64,000 nucleotides of DNA from an uncultured Acidobacteriota bacterium (lineage in GTDB: Bacteria; Acidobacteriota; UBA6911). The notes beneath the pieces were generated by a model, which was not told where the DNA came from, ran no database searches, and saw only the letters and a list, made by a program, of their open reading frames with translations. Within the stretch, counting starts at the first letter, position 1. Every line of letters begins with the position of its first letter. A program made the position numbers and the translations under genes. Below are positions 10,238 through 20,451 of this stretch, piece by piece. The stretch is from positions 64,001-128,000 of the forward strand of contig CAWJKZ010000011.1 in assembly GCA_963843575.1 (NCBI GenBank), given 5' to 3'.

Positions 10238-10282
10238 GTGCGCCCCCTTTTGGTGGAATGGCCCGAGGATACCACGGTTTTC

Positions 10283-10333
10283 GAGTGCGGCGCCCAGGCG
10301 CCGCCCACAAAGCGGCGTCGACCGCCGCACTCC
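10283..10333. repeat. REP family A copy
   Basis: gagtgcggcgcccaggcgccgcccacaaagcggcgtcgaccgccgcactcc. Confidence 0.85.
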
Positions 10334-10340
10334 AAATTGT

Positions 10341-11549
10341 TTACGCCTTTACCGTTTTGCGGGCCTGGTCGAAGGCGCGCTTGAGGTTGTCGCGGTAGAC
10401 CTTTTTCAGGACGGGGTCGGGCAGGCCGAAGCCGTTCATCGGCCAGTGGTAGTCCCAGTTGAAGTACAGGTCCTGTTCGTAAAAGTGCTCGTCGAGCGAC
10501 TCCATGACCCGGAAAGTGGTGCTGAACATGCGCTGGTTGTAAGGCATGTCGGTCCCGTAGACCACCCGGTCAGGATACTTCTGATAAAACTGGGCCGCAA
10601 AGCGCGGGATGGTCGCGGTCTCGGCGAAGCGCGCCGAATTGTCGGCGTACATGTTGGGGTAGCGGTCGAACATTTTTCCCAGGCGTGTCAGGTCGTAGTC
10701 CAGGTTGGCCAGATGGCAGCAGATGAACACGGTGTCCCGGTTTTTGGCCAGCGTACGCTCGAGGCTCTGCAGCAGCCCTTCGTGGTTGAGGAGATCCGGC
10801 CGGTTGTCCAGTCTCCACGAAAACCCGTTCATGAGCCCGTCGTTGTGTCTGTCCTGGGGGAGGTAGCCCCAGACGGGGTCCGACATGTGGAGGATGATGG
10901 GCATGCCGAGCTGGGCGCAGCGCTGCCAGAGCGGTTCCATCAGCGGGTCGTCCGGGTGCAGGCCGTTGGTCTTGTCGGCCGCGCGCTGGTTGGCGAGGTA
11001 GGCGGGCGCGCCGGTCCCGATCACGCGGTCCAGCCCGAGACCCTTGTCGGTGGTCTCCCCGACGCCGGTGGCGCCCACGCGGTGGCAGCGTTCCAGTTCC
11101 TTGATGGCCGCCGGGCCGAATCCCGGCTGGTTCACGCCCGAGAAGTCAAAGCCGCAGAACAGCTCGAAGCGCCCCGGGTACCTGGTGCAATACAGCTTGT
11201 GCCACGCGTCGAAGCGTTCCCCGTTGGAGCGGCTGACCAGGACCGTTTTTTCGACGCCGACCGCATCCATGATCTTCACGATCGCGTCGACGTCCTCGGG
11301 GGTGCGGGCCCGCGGGTGGCAGTGGGTGTCCCAGACGGGGAACTTCGCCTTCTTGATGTCGCTGACCGGGATCTTGAAGATCGACTTGGGCCGGTAGTCC
11401 TTCAACAGGAGCTTGTCCGGCTCGACGGCCGGCGGTTCGGGTGCCGGGGAGGCGGGTTGCTGCGCCCGAGCGCGCCGGGGGCTGGCGGCGAGCGCCGCGC
11501 CGGAAAGCATCATCCATTCTCTGCGGTTTATCAAAGCGTACTTGCGCAT
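10341..11549 (-). CDS. Amidohydrolase family protein (Amidohydro_2-like), Tat-like signal
   Basis: NRREWMM; DTHCH, ILHMSDP, CCHLAN, YGTD metal-site motifs. Confidence 0.88.
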   Translation of the reverse strand: MRKYALINRREWMMLSGAALAASPRRARAQQPASPAPEPPAVEPDKLLLKDYRPKSIFKIPVSDIKKAKFPVWDTHCHPRARTPEDVDAIVKIMDAVGVEKTVLVSRSNGERFDAWHKLYCTRYPGRFELFCGFDFSGVNQPGFGPAAIKELERCHRVGATGVGETTDKGLGLDRVIGTGAPAYLANQRAADKTNGLHPDDPLMEPLWQRCAQLGMPIILHMSDPVWGYLPQDRHNDGLMNGFSWRLDNRPDLLNHEGLLQSLERTLAKNRDTVFICCHLANLDYDLTRLGKMFDRYPNMYADNSARFAETATIPRFAAQFYQKYPDRVVYGTDMPYNQRMFSTTFRVMESLDEHFYEQDLYFNWDYHWPMNGFGLPDPVLKKVYRDNLKRAFDQARKTVKA

Positions 11550-11558
11550 CTTGACTCC

Positions 11559-12755
11559 TTATTTGAGAAGTTCGAATGCCACGCGGGCCAGGTTGCGCCC
11601 GTGGGCGAGAAAAAGGTCGGTTCCGGTCCAGCGCCCGAGGTTGTCGAGGTAGCCGGTCTTCATTTCCATCAGCAGGCTCAGCGCGCCGGTCGCCGCGGCG
11701 ACGACCGATTCGGTGTTCAAGGGGTCGGTGCTCGGGTCGAACGGGCCCGTGAAGATGGTCTCGCGCCTCAGGAGCGCTTCCAGGCGGCGCGCCTCGGCCT
11801 CGCGCGTGGCGGGGGCGAAACGGATGTAGTCCCCGTCCTCGTTCCAGACCATGTCGTTGTTGTGGACGTTGACCCAGAGATCCAGCCGGTCCGTTTCGCG
11901 CCAGCGCGCGATCGCCCGCTGGATCAGGGCGATCTCCGGCGCGTCGGCCGCGTCGCGCGACAGCGGGTCGTCGCCGTGCCAGTGACGGTTCAGGTCGACG
12001 CCGCGTGCGTTGAACCGGGTCCCCCCGCGGACGACCCCGTCGGGATTGAGCATCGGGCAGATGCGGAAGCGCAGCTTCCGGCGGATGGCCTGCGCATCCG
12101 GGCCAGGCGAGGTGAGGAAGCGCAGCATCCCCTCCAGCGCCCACGATCCGCCCGCCTCGAACGCGTGCTGCCGGGCGACGAACCAGACCACTGGGCGGCC
12201 ATCTTTCGGGGCGCCGGGCTCGTCGACGTCGACCACGTAAAGGGGGCGGCCCTCCACCGACTTGCCGATCTCACTCACCTTGACGGCCGGGTGCGGGCGG
12301 ATTTCCCGCAGGAGCGCTTCGAGCCGGGACAGGGTGTACGGCGGGAGGTAGGCGATCCAGACGGGATCGCGGCTGAAGACGTGGCGGATGCGCAGCGAAC
12401 GGGTGTCCTTGTCGAAGGCACAGTCGGTGAACCGCTCCCAGTGCTCGCCGTCGTAAGAGAAGACAGGGACGGTGTTGCGTTCGAAGGGAAGGATGTCCCC
12501 TTTGCGGCCGTTGTAGACGGTGTAGTCGAGAGCCTCGACCCGGATCGTGATCTCGCGGTGGAGGACGTTGGAGAGCCGGCCGTAGAACCAGGTGATGGCG
12601 GAGTTGACCTTCTCGCGGTCCTGCTCGAGCCGCGGGGCAAAGACCAGCCGCGTGTCGTTTTCAACCCGCCAAACGCCGAGGCTGCCGGACTCGAAGCTGT
12701 CGCTGACCTGGATGGGCCCGCCCACCAGGAGCATCACGGACAGTAGGAGATTCAT
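11559..12755 (-). CDS. M14 family zinc carboxypeptidase
   Basis: ARQHAFE (HxxE), PMLNPDGV, GVDLNR, VNVHN. Confidence 0.88.
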   Translation of the reverse strand: MNLLLSVMLLVGGPIQVSDSFESGSLGVWRVENDTRLVFAPRLEQDREKVNSAITWFYGRLSNVLHREITIRVEALDYTVYNGRKGDILPFERNTVPVFSYDGEHWERFTDCAFDKDTRSLRIRHVFSRDPVWIAYLPPYTLSRLEALLREIRPHPAVKVSEIGKSVEGRPLYVVDVDEPGAPKDGRPVVWFVARQHAFEAGGSWALEGMLRFLTSPGPDAQAIRRKLRFRICPMLNPDGVVRGGTRFNARGVDLNRHWHGDDPLSRDAADAPEIALIQRAIARWRETDRLDLWVNVHNNDMVWNEDGDYIRFAPATREAEARRLEALLRRETIFTGPFDPSTDPLNTESVVAAATGALSLLMEMKTGYLDNLGRWTGTDLFLAHGRNLARVAFELLK

Positions 12756-12825
12756 AGTGCCGTGAGCATCCGGCAAATCCGCGCTCCCGTCAAGGGGGTG
12801 CGAGGAGTGAAGATAAAAACGACGG

Positions 12826-12910
12826 CAGGACGCAGGATTTCACGGATCTACGCAGCCTGTCGCTAAGTCAAAACCCGCGTGCAACCGCGCAAATCCGCGT
12901 CCGCGTTCTG
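12826..12910. repeat. Repeat family C copy (periodic CGGAT/ATCCG arms, core gcctgtcNNNaagtc)
   Basis: caggacgcaggatttcacggatct...gcctgtcgctaagtc...aatccgcgtccgcgttctg. Confidence 0.7.
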
Positions 12911-12919
12911 CCGACCAGC

Positions 12920-13966
12920 TTACGGCAGCCTTGCGGGATCGATGACGACGTGTTTCACGCGTTTTCGGTTCCAGGTGTACGTGACGTGTACCTTGCCGTC
13001 GCGGGCCTGGATCACGGCGGGGTACGAGTACTCGCCCGGGCTGTCTTCCAGCACCAGCGCCGCTTTCCACTCCTGCCCATCCGTCGAGACGGCGACGTTG
13101 AGGGGCGACCTGCCGCTGCCGGAGTGGTTGTAGACGATGAGGTGCCGGCCGTCCTTCAACGTGAGCGCGTCGGTGCCGGAGTTCGGGTTTGGGAGCGACG
13201 TCGCCGTCATGGCGCCCCAGCTGCGGCCGTCGTCCTCCGAGAAAATCTGGAAGACTTTACCCTGTCGCGTCCTTCCGACGGCCTGCAGACGGCTGCCCCC
13301 GAGAAACAGGATGGACGGTTGGATGGCGGAAAACGTGATCCCGTCGTTGACGGGTCCGATGCGTTGCCAGGTGGCGCCGAGATCGGCCGTGCGTTCGAAG
13401 TGCACCCGCCAGAGGCTCGGCCGGTCCTCGCTCTCCGTGCTTGACCCGCACAGCAGCGCGCCGTCCCGCAGTTGCACCGGTTTGTTCTTGACCGGGCCCA
13501 GGATCCCGTCGGGAAGCCGCCGCGGCGCGGACCAGGTGCGCCCATCGTCGGTGGACGTCCTGAGCATGCCCCACCAGGTGCGCGGGCTTGGGCCGACCTT
13601 GTAGAAAAGGAGCAGTGGCCCCGAGGAGGGCCGGAAGAGCACCGGGTTCCAGCACGGCCAGCGCTTTCCGTCCGACTGGAGGCCATTGGCTGCCTCGATG
13701 GGCGCCGTCCATTTGCCCGCCTGGCGCCGGGAGACCCAGATGCCGACATCCGGGTTCCCTTCGCCGGTCCCGCCGAACCAGGCGGCGACGAGACCGGCGT
13801 CGGTCTCCGCGATCGTGGATGCGTGGCACGAGGGGAATGGCGCCGTTTCGTAGATGAACTCCCCCTGCAGGTAGCCCGGCTGCTCCGGGCTGCCGGAAGG
13901 GAAAAGCCCCAAGGCGGGCGCCAGCCCGGCCTTCATGATCGTCCGTCGCGACAAAGGCACAGCCAT
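12920..13966 (-). CDS. BNR-repeat sialidase-like protein (exo-alpha-sialidase family)
   Basis: SCHASTI, Asp-boxes STDDGRTWS, SEDDGRSWG, STDGQEW; YSYPAVI; SRRTIMK signal. Confidence 0.88.
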   Translation of the reverse strand: MAVPLSRRTIMKAGLAPALGLFPSGSPEQPGYLQGEFIYETAPFPSCHASTIAETDAGLVAAWFGGTGEGNPDVGIWVSRRQAGKWTAPIEAANGLQSDGKRWPCWNPVLFRPSSGPLLLFYKVGPSPRTWWGMLRTSTDDGRTWSAPRRLPDGILGPVKNKPVQLRDGALLCGSSTESEDRPSLWRVHFERTADLGATWQRIGPVNDGITFSAIQPSILFLGGSRLQAVGRTRQGKVFQIFSEDDGRSWGAMTATSLPNPNSGTDALTLKDGRHLIVYNHSGSGRSPLNVAVSTDGQEWKAALVLEDSPGEYSYPAVIQARDGKVHVTYTWNRKRVKHVVIDPARLP

Positions 13967-13990
13967 ATCGTCACCCTCCCGACCTGATCC

Positions 13991-14215
13991 AAGTGGGTCC
14001 GGGCTTCAGCCCGGACGCTGTTTGCAGTCGCTATATAGCTTAGGTCAAAAGGCGTCCGGGCTGAAGAGGCTGTCCAACGGTTGATCTGCCCGCCCTGCCC
14101 GTAAAGCAAGTGGGTCCGGGCTTCAGCCCGGACGTCTTTAAGTCCGTTCCATAGAGTTCCACCTGCCCTGCATTGCGACCGCAAACAGCCTCCGGGCTGA
14201 AGCCCGGACCCACTT
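13991..14215. repeat. REP family B cluster (tandem REPIN-like units)
   Basis: GTGG-gtccgggc-ttca-gcccggac in alternating orientations (13993, ~14054 truncated, 14110, ~14190). Confidence 0.9.
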
Positions 14216-14317
14216 GACTTCAGACGGGGCTTTCGCTTCCTGCGCTGAGGTTTGCAGGGTTGGTGTTAGGATAGCTGCAATACACCGCCTCATACTCGCG
14301 ACTCGGGGAGGAATGCC

Positions 14318-17300
14318 ATGGACCAGAGATTCCGCTCGCCGATCCGTTCAGTGCTTATCGCCCTTGCCCTTTCCCTCCTGCTGTTCCGGTCCGGTCCGGC
14401 TCAGACGGACCAGGCCAAACTCAGCGGGATGCTTCGGCTCATCCAGGAGAAGTACTCTGCGCTCCGGGAGGGACCGTCGGCGGGCCGCGAATTTCGTTCG
14501 GACTCGGCCGTGCGGGCCCTCGCGGGCGTCGTTTCGATCGACCTGGCCGGCGCGGAACCGGTCATCCCGGTCGCCGTGGTGGTGCGGGACAACGGCGTCG
14601 AAGTCCGCCAGCAAGGCTACGCGGTCGTAGCCCAGATCGGGGACGTGCTGACCACGCGGGTGCCGGCGTCGCGGCTGGCGCATCTGGCCGGCCTCCCGAG
14701 CGTGGTGTTCGTCGAGGCCTCCACGATCCAGCGGCCGCTGGTCCACGACGTCAGCGTCCCGGAGACCAAGGCTGTCCAGGCCAGGCAGGCCTTCAACCTG
14801 ACCGGGAAAGGCGTGCTGGTCGGCGTCATCGACACCGGCATCGACTGGCGGCACGACGACTTCCGCACCGCCGACGGCAAGACCCGGATCAAGTTCCTCT
14901 GGGATATGAGCGACAAGCGGGGGCCGGAGCCGGCCGACGTCCCGGGCGGCGGCGGCACGGTGTACACGGAGGCCCAGATCAACGCCGCCCTTTCCGGCAG
15001 CGGGACCGTCGCGGAGGTGGATCGCGTCGGGCACGGCACTCACGTCACCGGCAGTTCCGCCGGCAACGGCCGTGCTGCCGGCGGAGGGTTCTCCCCGGGG
15101 ACGTTCACGGGCGTAGCGCCCGAGGCCGCGATCGTGTTCGTGAAGGGGATCCGCTCCGACTCGTCGGGCTTTGCGCTCGACGACCAGATCGCGGCGCTCC
15201 GATTCATCGACAACCGGGCGCGCGAGCTGGACATGCCCTACGTCGTCAACATGAGCCTGGGCGGGCACTATGGGCCGCACGACGGGACTGCGGCGAACGA
15301 GCGCGCCATCGACAACCTCATCGGGCCCGGAATCGCCGGCAAGGTCGTGTGCATCTCGGCCGGGAACGAGGGCGCAGACGACATCCATGCCGGCGGGACC
15401 CTCGGGCCCGGCGCCTCCGACGCCGTCGGGTTCAACGTCCCGTCCAACAAGACCCTCGCCCTGCTCGACCTCTGGTACGCGGGCGCCGGCACGTTTGAAG
15501 TAACCGTCACGACGCCGACGGGGTTGTCCACCGACACGATAACGCCGGGCGGGAATTTCCACGGGACGGCGCCTGACGGCACCGTGGTCGACATCGAATC
15601 CCTGGCTACCAACCCGCTCAACAACGCGCGTAACCTGACGGTGGTGGTCACCCACTCCGACGCCAACACCGCCATTTTGCCGGGAGAGTGGAGTGTCAGG
15701 TTGCGCAATACCTCGGGGGCGTCTGCGCGGTTCGACGCCTGGTTGATCGGACGCGCCTCGTTCATCGACCACGTCGACCCGAGCCGGCGCGTCGGGATGC
15801 CGGGCACGGCGCGCAACGCGATCACGGTCGCCTCCTACGTTACCAAGACCCGCTGGACCGACATCGACGGCGTCGCGCGCGACTACCGCGGCTGGGGACC
15901 CGCCTTCGACGCGGGACAGTCGGAGAAGTCGCCCTTCTCGAGCCCCGGGCCGACGCGCGACGGGCGTCAGAAGCCCGACATCAGCGCACCCGGCCAGGCT
16001 ATCGTCTCCGCCAACTCGGCCGACGCGGAGCAGGAGCGCAGCATGATCCTGCCCGACGGAGGGAAGCACCAGGTCATGCAGGGGACCAGCATGGCTTCGC
16101 CGCACGTCACGGGCGTGGTCGCGCTGCTGCTGCAGGCCAGCCCCAGGATGGACGCGGCCCAGGTCAAGGACTTGATCACCCGGACGGCGCGCGCCGACGA
16201 TTTCACCTCGCGCGTTCCCAACAGCGACTTCGGGTACGGGAAGATCGACGCCTACGAGGCGGCGCGGGCAATCGTGGGGAACGCCGGGACGTCGCCTCCG
16301 GTTTCCGATCCCGTCATCGCGTCGCTGGACCCGTCCTCGATCGAACAGGGAACGACGGTCCACATGCTCGTGAACGGATCGAATTTCACCGGTACGCTCG
16401 CCGCCTCCGTCACCCCCTCGGCCGGGATCGCCGTCAACCAGGTGGGGCTCGTCTCGTCGACGCGGGTTGAGCTGACCCTGGCGGTCGCCTCGGGAGCGAC
16501 CGCCGGGAACTACCAGTTGACGCTGACCGCAGACGGCCGGCGCAGCAATCCGGGACTCTTCCGGGTAGTCGCGCCCGACGCCCCGAGCACCGACCCGAAC
16601 GACGGCTACGAGCCGAACGACACCCTGGACGACGCCAAGCCGTTGCCCGGGGACGGGATCGTCCGCGGGCGCATCAGTCCGCGGAGCGACGTCGACGTGT
16701 TCAAGTTCGCGGCCACCCAGGGACGCAAGGTCACGGTGGATGTCGACGCGTCCACGCTGTCCCCCTCTTCGACACTCGATTCGATCATCGGCATCTTCGA
16801 CGCGTTCGGCAACCTGCTCGACTTCAACGACGACGACGGCCGGAGCCTCGATTCGCACCTCGAGTGGACTCCCTCGGTGACCACGACGTATTACGTCGTC
16901 GTGGCCTCGTATTCCAGCTCCGAGGAGGGCCCCACGTCATCCGGGAACTTCGTGCTCAGGCTCACCGGTCACGCCGGGGACGTGCGCCGCGACAGTACCG
17001 CCCCGTCCCTGGATGCCGGCGACATCTGGGTCCCGGAGTTCCTCAACCGCAAAGACGAGCTGTTCGCATCCTGGTATGCGTTCGACAACGAGTCGGGCAT
17101 CGACCACTACGAATACGCCGTCGGCACCTCCCCCGGCGCATCGAACGTCGTACCGTTCACCCGCACCGGCAACTGGTCCGTCGTATTGCGCGGCCTCAAC
17201 CTGTCCGACGGGGGCTCCTACTACTTCGCGATCCGCGCGGTCAACGGCGCCGGACTGGCCGGTCCCCTGGCCATCGCCGACGCGATCCGGATCGACACCA

Positions 17301-18775
17301 CCCGGCGCATGTACCCGATCTACTTCCCCCGGGTGGTCGCCTTCCCGGGGAGCTTTACCGGGATCGCCATCTCCAACCGGACGTCGTTCCCGGTCCAGGT
17401 AATTTACCGGCTGTACGACAACGAAGGGAATCTCGTGCTGGGGTCCGGGATCACCAACCCGTTTTCCCTGACCCTCGCGCCCGGCGAGCAGTGGCCGCTC
17501 CTCAGCACCCAGATCTTTGACGTCCCAAGCGGGAACACGCCCGGCTGGGTGGAGGTGCAGGCCACAAGCCCCGACGTGCGCGCGTTCTACCTGTACGGCG
17601 CCGACGACCTCTCGTTCCTCGACGGGGCCGACGTCAGCGGCGACACCATGACGGATTTCGTCTTCCACCGTGTCCAGGACGACGGCGACACCTATTTCAC
17701 AAGCTTGAGCCTCGTTAACCCCAACGCGACCGACGCCGCGATCACGGCCGACCTCCGGGACACCACAGGGAAAGTCGTGGCCACCCGGAGCCTGACGCTC
17801 GGCGCCAGGAAGCGGATCGTGAAGCTCGTGAGAGACCTGTTCCCCGGCATAACCAGCCATCCCGGAGGTACGATCCGGGTGCGGTCCAACGTGGGTCTCG
17901 TCGGATTCGAACTCTTCGCCACCGAGGCGGTCGACTTCGGCGGGATGAACCCGCAGCGCACGACCGACACCGCAAGTTCCATCTCCTTTGCGCAGATGGC
18001 GACCAAGGGAGGGTGGTACACCGAGGTTTCGCTGACGAACCCGAACGCCTTCCCGGTGACGGTCGAGCTGAAGGCGCTGCGGGACTCGGGCGACATCATC
18101 CCGGCCTCAGGCAATCCCCGGACGGTTCAGATCCCCGCCTGGGGCCAGTACAACGCCGAGGCTTCCCAGATCTTTGGGTTTGCCGGCAGCGAGGCCAGGG
18201 TGGGATACGTCGTGGCGAAGGTCGTGTCGGGCAGCGGAGGGATTTTCGGCCACGCCGCGTTCGGCACGACCAACGGCATGTCGCTCGCTGCGTTGCCGGT
18301 CCAGACCAGGGGAAGCCGGACGATGGTGTTCTCCCAGGTGGCGCAGGGCGGCGGTTTCTCTACCGGCCTCACCCTGCTGAACCCCGACACGGTGTCGGAG
18401 GCGCTCGTGACCACGGAAGTGTTCGACGCGGACGGCCGTTCGCGCGGGTCGTGGACCGAGACCTTCAAGGCTGGGGAGAAGAAGGCGCGCGTCATCAACC
18501 AGATCGTGTCCGGGGTGGTCGACCAGTCGTCCGGCTACATCGTCGTGAACGCGGATCGACCCATGATCGGGTTCGAGTTGTTCTGGGGGCTGGACGATCA
18601 GTACGGGGTGGCGTTCCTGGCGGCGGTTCCGCCCCAGGTGTCCTCCGGGATCGGCGCCCCGGATGCGCCGCTCCCGATGCGGTCGCAGGCGCAGGCCCGG
18701 TCGATCCGGCTGCGGCGCAGCCCGCCGTCGTCGTCGCCGGCGACCACGCTCCACCGCGCCATCTCGAGGAAGTGA
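14318..18775 (+). CDS. Secreted S8 subtilase with PPC/Ig/FN3-like domains and a four-repeat C-terminal module
   Basis: Signal peptide; triad motifs IDTG, HGTHV, GTSMASPH; YEPNDT PPC-like region; DNESGIDHYEYAVG FN3-like region. Confidence 0.92.
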   Translation: MDQRFRSPIRSVLIALALSLLLFRSGPAQTDQAKLSGMLRLIQEKYSALREGPSAGREFRSDSAVRALAGVVSIDLAGAEPVIPVAVVVRDNGVEVRQQGYAVVAQIGDVLTTRVPASRLAHLAGLPSVVFVEASTIQRPLVHDVSVPETKAVQARQAFNLTGKGVLVGVIDTGIDWRHDDFRTADGKTRIKFLWDMSDKRGPEPADVPGGGGTVYTEAQINAALSGSGTVAEVDRVGHGTHVTGSSAGNGRAAGGGFSPGTFTGVAPEAAIVFVKGIRSDSSGFALDDQIAALRFIDNRARELDMPYVVNMSLGGHYGPHDGTAANERAIDNLIGPGIAGKVVCISAGNEGADDIHAGGTLGPGASDAVGFNVPSNKTLALLDLWYAGAGTFEVTVTTPTGLSTDTITPGGNFHGTAPDGTVVDIESLATNPLNNARNLTVVVTHSDANTAILPGEWSVRLRNTSGASARFDAWLIGRASFIDHVDPSRRVGMPGTARNAITVASYVTKTRWTDIDGVARDYRGWGPAFDAGQSEKSPFSSPGPTRDGRQKPDISAPGQAIVSANSADAEQERSMILPDGGKHQVMQGTSMASPHVTGVVALLLQASPRMDAAQVKDLITRTARADDFTSRVPNSDFGYGKIDAYEAARAIVGNAGTSPPVSDPVIASLDPSSIEQGTTVHMLVNGSNFTGTLAASVTPSAGIAVNQVGLVSSTRVELTLAVASGATAGNYQLTLTADGRRSNPGLFRVVAPDAPSTDPNDGYEPNDTLDDAKPLPGDGIVRGRISPRSDVDVFKFAATQGRKVTVDVDASTLSPSSTLDSIIGIFDAFGNLLDFNDDDGRSLDSHLEWTPSVTTTYYVVVASYSSSEEGPTSSGNFVLRLTGHAGDVRRDSTAPSLDAGDIWVPEFLNRKDELFASWYAFDNESGIDHYEYAVGTSPGASNVVPFTRTGNWSVVLRGLNLSDGGSYYFAIRAVNGAGLAGPLAIADAIRIDTTRRMYPIYFPRVVAFPGSFTGIAISNRTSFPVQVIYRLYDNEGNLVLGSGITNPFSLTLAPGEQWPLLSTQIFDVPSGNTPGWVEVQATSPDVRAFYLYGADDLSFLDGADVSGDTMTDFVFHRVQDDGDTYFTSLSLVNPNATDAAITADLRDTTGKVVATRSLTLGARKRIVKLVRDLFPGITSHPGGTIRVRSNVGLVGFELFATEAVDFGGMNPQRTTDTASSISFAQMATKGGWYTEVSLTNPNAFPVTVELKALRDSGDIIPASGNPRTVQIPAWGQYNAEASQIFGFAGSEARVGYVVAKVVSGSGGIFGHAAFGTTNGMSLAALPVQTRGSRTMVFSQVAQGGGFSTGLTLLNPDTVSEALVTTEVFDADGRSRGSWTETFKAGEKKARVINQIVSGVVDQSSGYIVVNADRPMIGFELFWGLDDQYGVAFLAAVPPQVSSGIGAPDAPLPMRSQAQARSIRLRRSPPSSSPATTLHRAISRK

Positions 18776-18776
18776 T

Positions 18777-18856
18777 GGAGTGCGGCGCCTCGGCGCCATC
18801 CCGGTTTGCGACGTTACGATGCCCGCCCTGCGGGCGGCGCCGAGGCGCCGGACTCC
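18777..18856. repeat. REP family A inverted pair between convergent genes
   Basis: ggagtgcggcgcctcggcgcc...ggcgccgaggcgccggactcc. Confidence 0.8.
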
Positions 18857-18860
18857 ACAC

Positions 18861-20320
18861 CTACGCTTCGGAGTCCGGCTCTTCCGGGAAGAGGCCGTGG
18901 TCTGTTTTTCCCAGTAGTGCGGGCGGCGCATGAGCTGCAGGAATCCCTTCCAGGCCGCGATGGAAATCAACACCCAGTAGAACGGGCTGGCCAGTGCAAA
19001 CAGTACGTAGCTGAAACCAAGGTGGCGCCTCAGGCACCCCATCACGTTGAAAGCGATAAACAGGAAGTTCGCCAGGATGAGCACCGAGGTCACCGACGGC
19101 TGCAGGACCTCCCTGAAGTCGATCGCGCCCCAGTCTGCGCGGACCAGATCTACGATCGCCACCGCCCAGAACACCGGGTTCACCAGCATCACCAGCGCAT
19201 GACCCCCGACGGACATGAGGAAGCTGAACGAACCGGCGAGCCCCAGCTCGCGCAGCGCGCGCCACGGCCGGCGGCTGTGCACCATGTGGGTTTGCAGGTA
19301 GCCTTTGACCCAGCGCGAGCGCTGACGAACCCAGTTGCGCAGCCGGGAGTTGGCCTCCTCCCACGTGGTCGTGTCCAGCATCGCGGTGCGGTAGCCCAGG
19401 CGATGCAGCCGGATGCCGAGGTCGCAGTCTTCGGCGACATTGAAGGGATCCCAGCCCCCGACCTCCTCGAGTGCCTTGCGGCGCAGGTGGTTCGAGGTTC
19501 CACCGAGCGGGATCGGGAACTTCAGACGGTAGAGCCCCGGCAGATAAAGATCGAACCAGGACGCGTATTCCATCGTGAACCAGCGGGTCAGCAGGTTCTG
19601 GCCCGGATTGTAGTAGCTCAGCTTCGCCTGCAGGCAGATGACGCGCTCGGGGAGGCGCCGGAAGGCGACGGCGGCCTTCTTGAGCTGATCGGGTTCGGGG
19701 CGGTCTTCGGCATCGTAGATAACGAGAAACTCACCCTTGGCCTCGCGGAGTCCCCAGTTGCAGGCCTTCGGTTTGGTGCGCGGCTGCGTGTCGGGGACTT
19801 CGATGACCCGGAAATACGGTGGCAGCGGCACCTGGGCCAGCGCGTCGCGGGTGAGCTGGTCGTCCTGCTCCAGCAGGAGCAGGACCTCGATCCTGTCGCG
19901 CGGGTAATCCAGCCGGTTGAGGTAGCGGACGGTCTTGGCGGCCACTTCCGGCTCGTGGTACAGGGGCACGAGTACCGTGTAATAGGGCCAGCCCGAAGCG
20001 CCCCCCCAGCGCAGGTCTTGCCGGCGCAAGACGATTTCCGGGTGTCCGAAGAGCGCCAACCCCACCGAGAGCGTCCGGAATAGGATGACCGCCAGGTAGA
20101 ACCCGTAAAACAAATAGAGGAAGTCCGTGGAAGCCAGCCAGTCCCAAACCGAGAAGGCGACGAGCACCACCAGGACGGCAAAGTAGAAAGCCCGCTCCCC
20201 GGCAGTCCACGTCCTCTCGGCCGACTGGCCGGGATGCCGCGCGAGAAAGTCCGCCGTGGTCTGGTCACCCCAAGCGGGCGCCGTCCGGGCGGGCTGTGCA
20301 TCAGGAGTCTGCGAAATCAT
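18861..20320 (-). CDS. Membrane GT2 family glycosyltransferase (frameshift in an A-run at ~18905)
   Basis: VLVPLYHE, TKPKACN, YDAED, AEDCDLG, RQRSRW; adding one A restores the ending YWEKTDHGL and the stop at 18861. Confidence 0.9.
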
Positions 20321-20451
20321 GGCACACGATAATAATCACCGACCGCGCTTTGCGGAAACGAAAATGCGGTTCAAGAGGGTGACTGAGCCCCTGTTTCATG
20401 CGAAAATCTCTGTTCCGCCAGTTGCGAAGTACGTCCCTGGAGTCGCACACG

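Noticed and set aside
18107-18860. Long C-terminal extension of the GT2 ORF overlapping the subtilase
   Set aside because: Caused by a 1-base loss in an A-run; the corrected frame stops at 18861.
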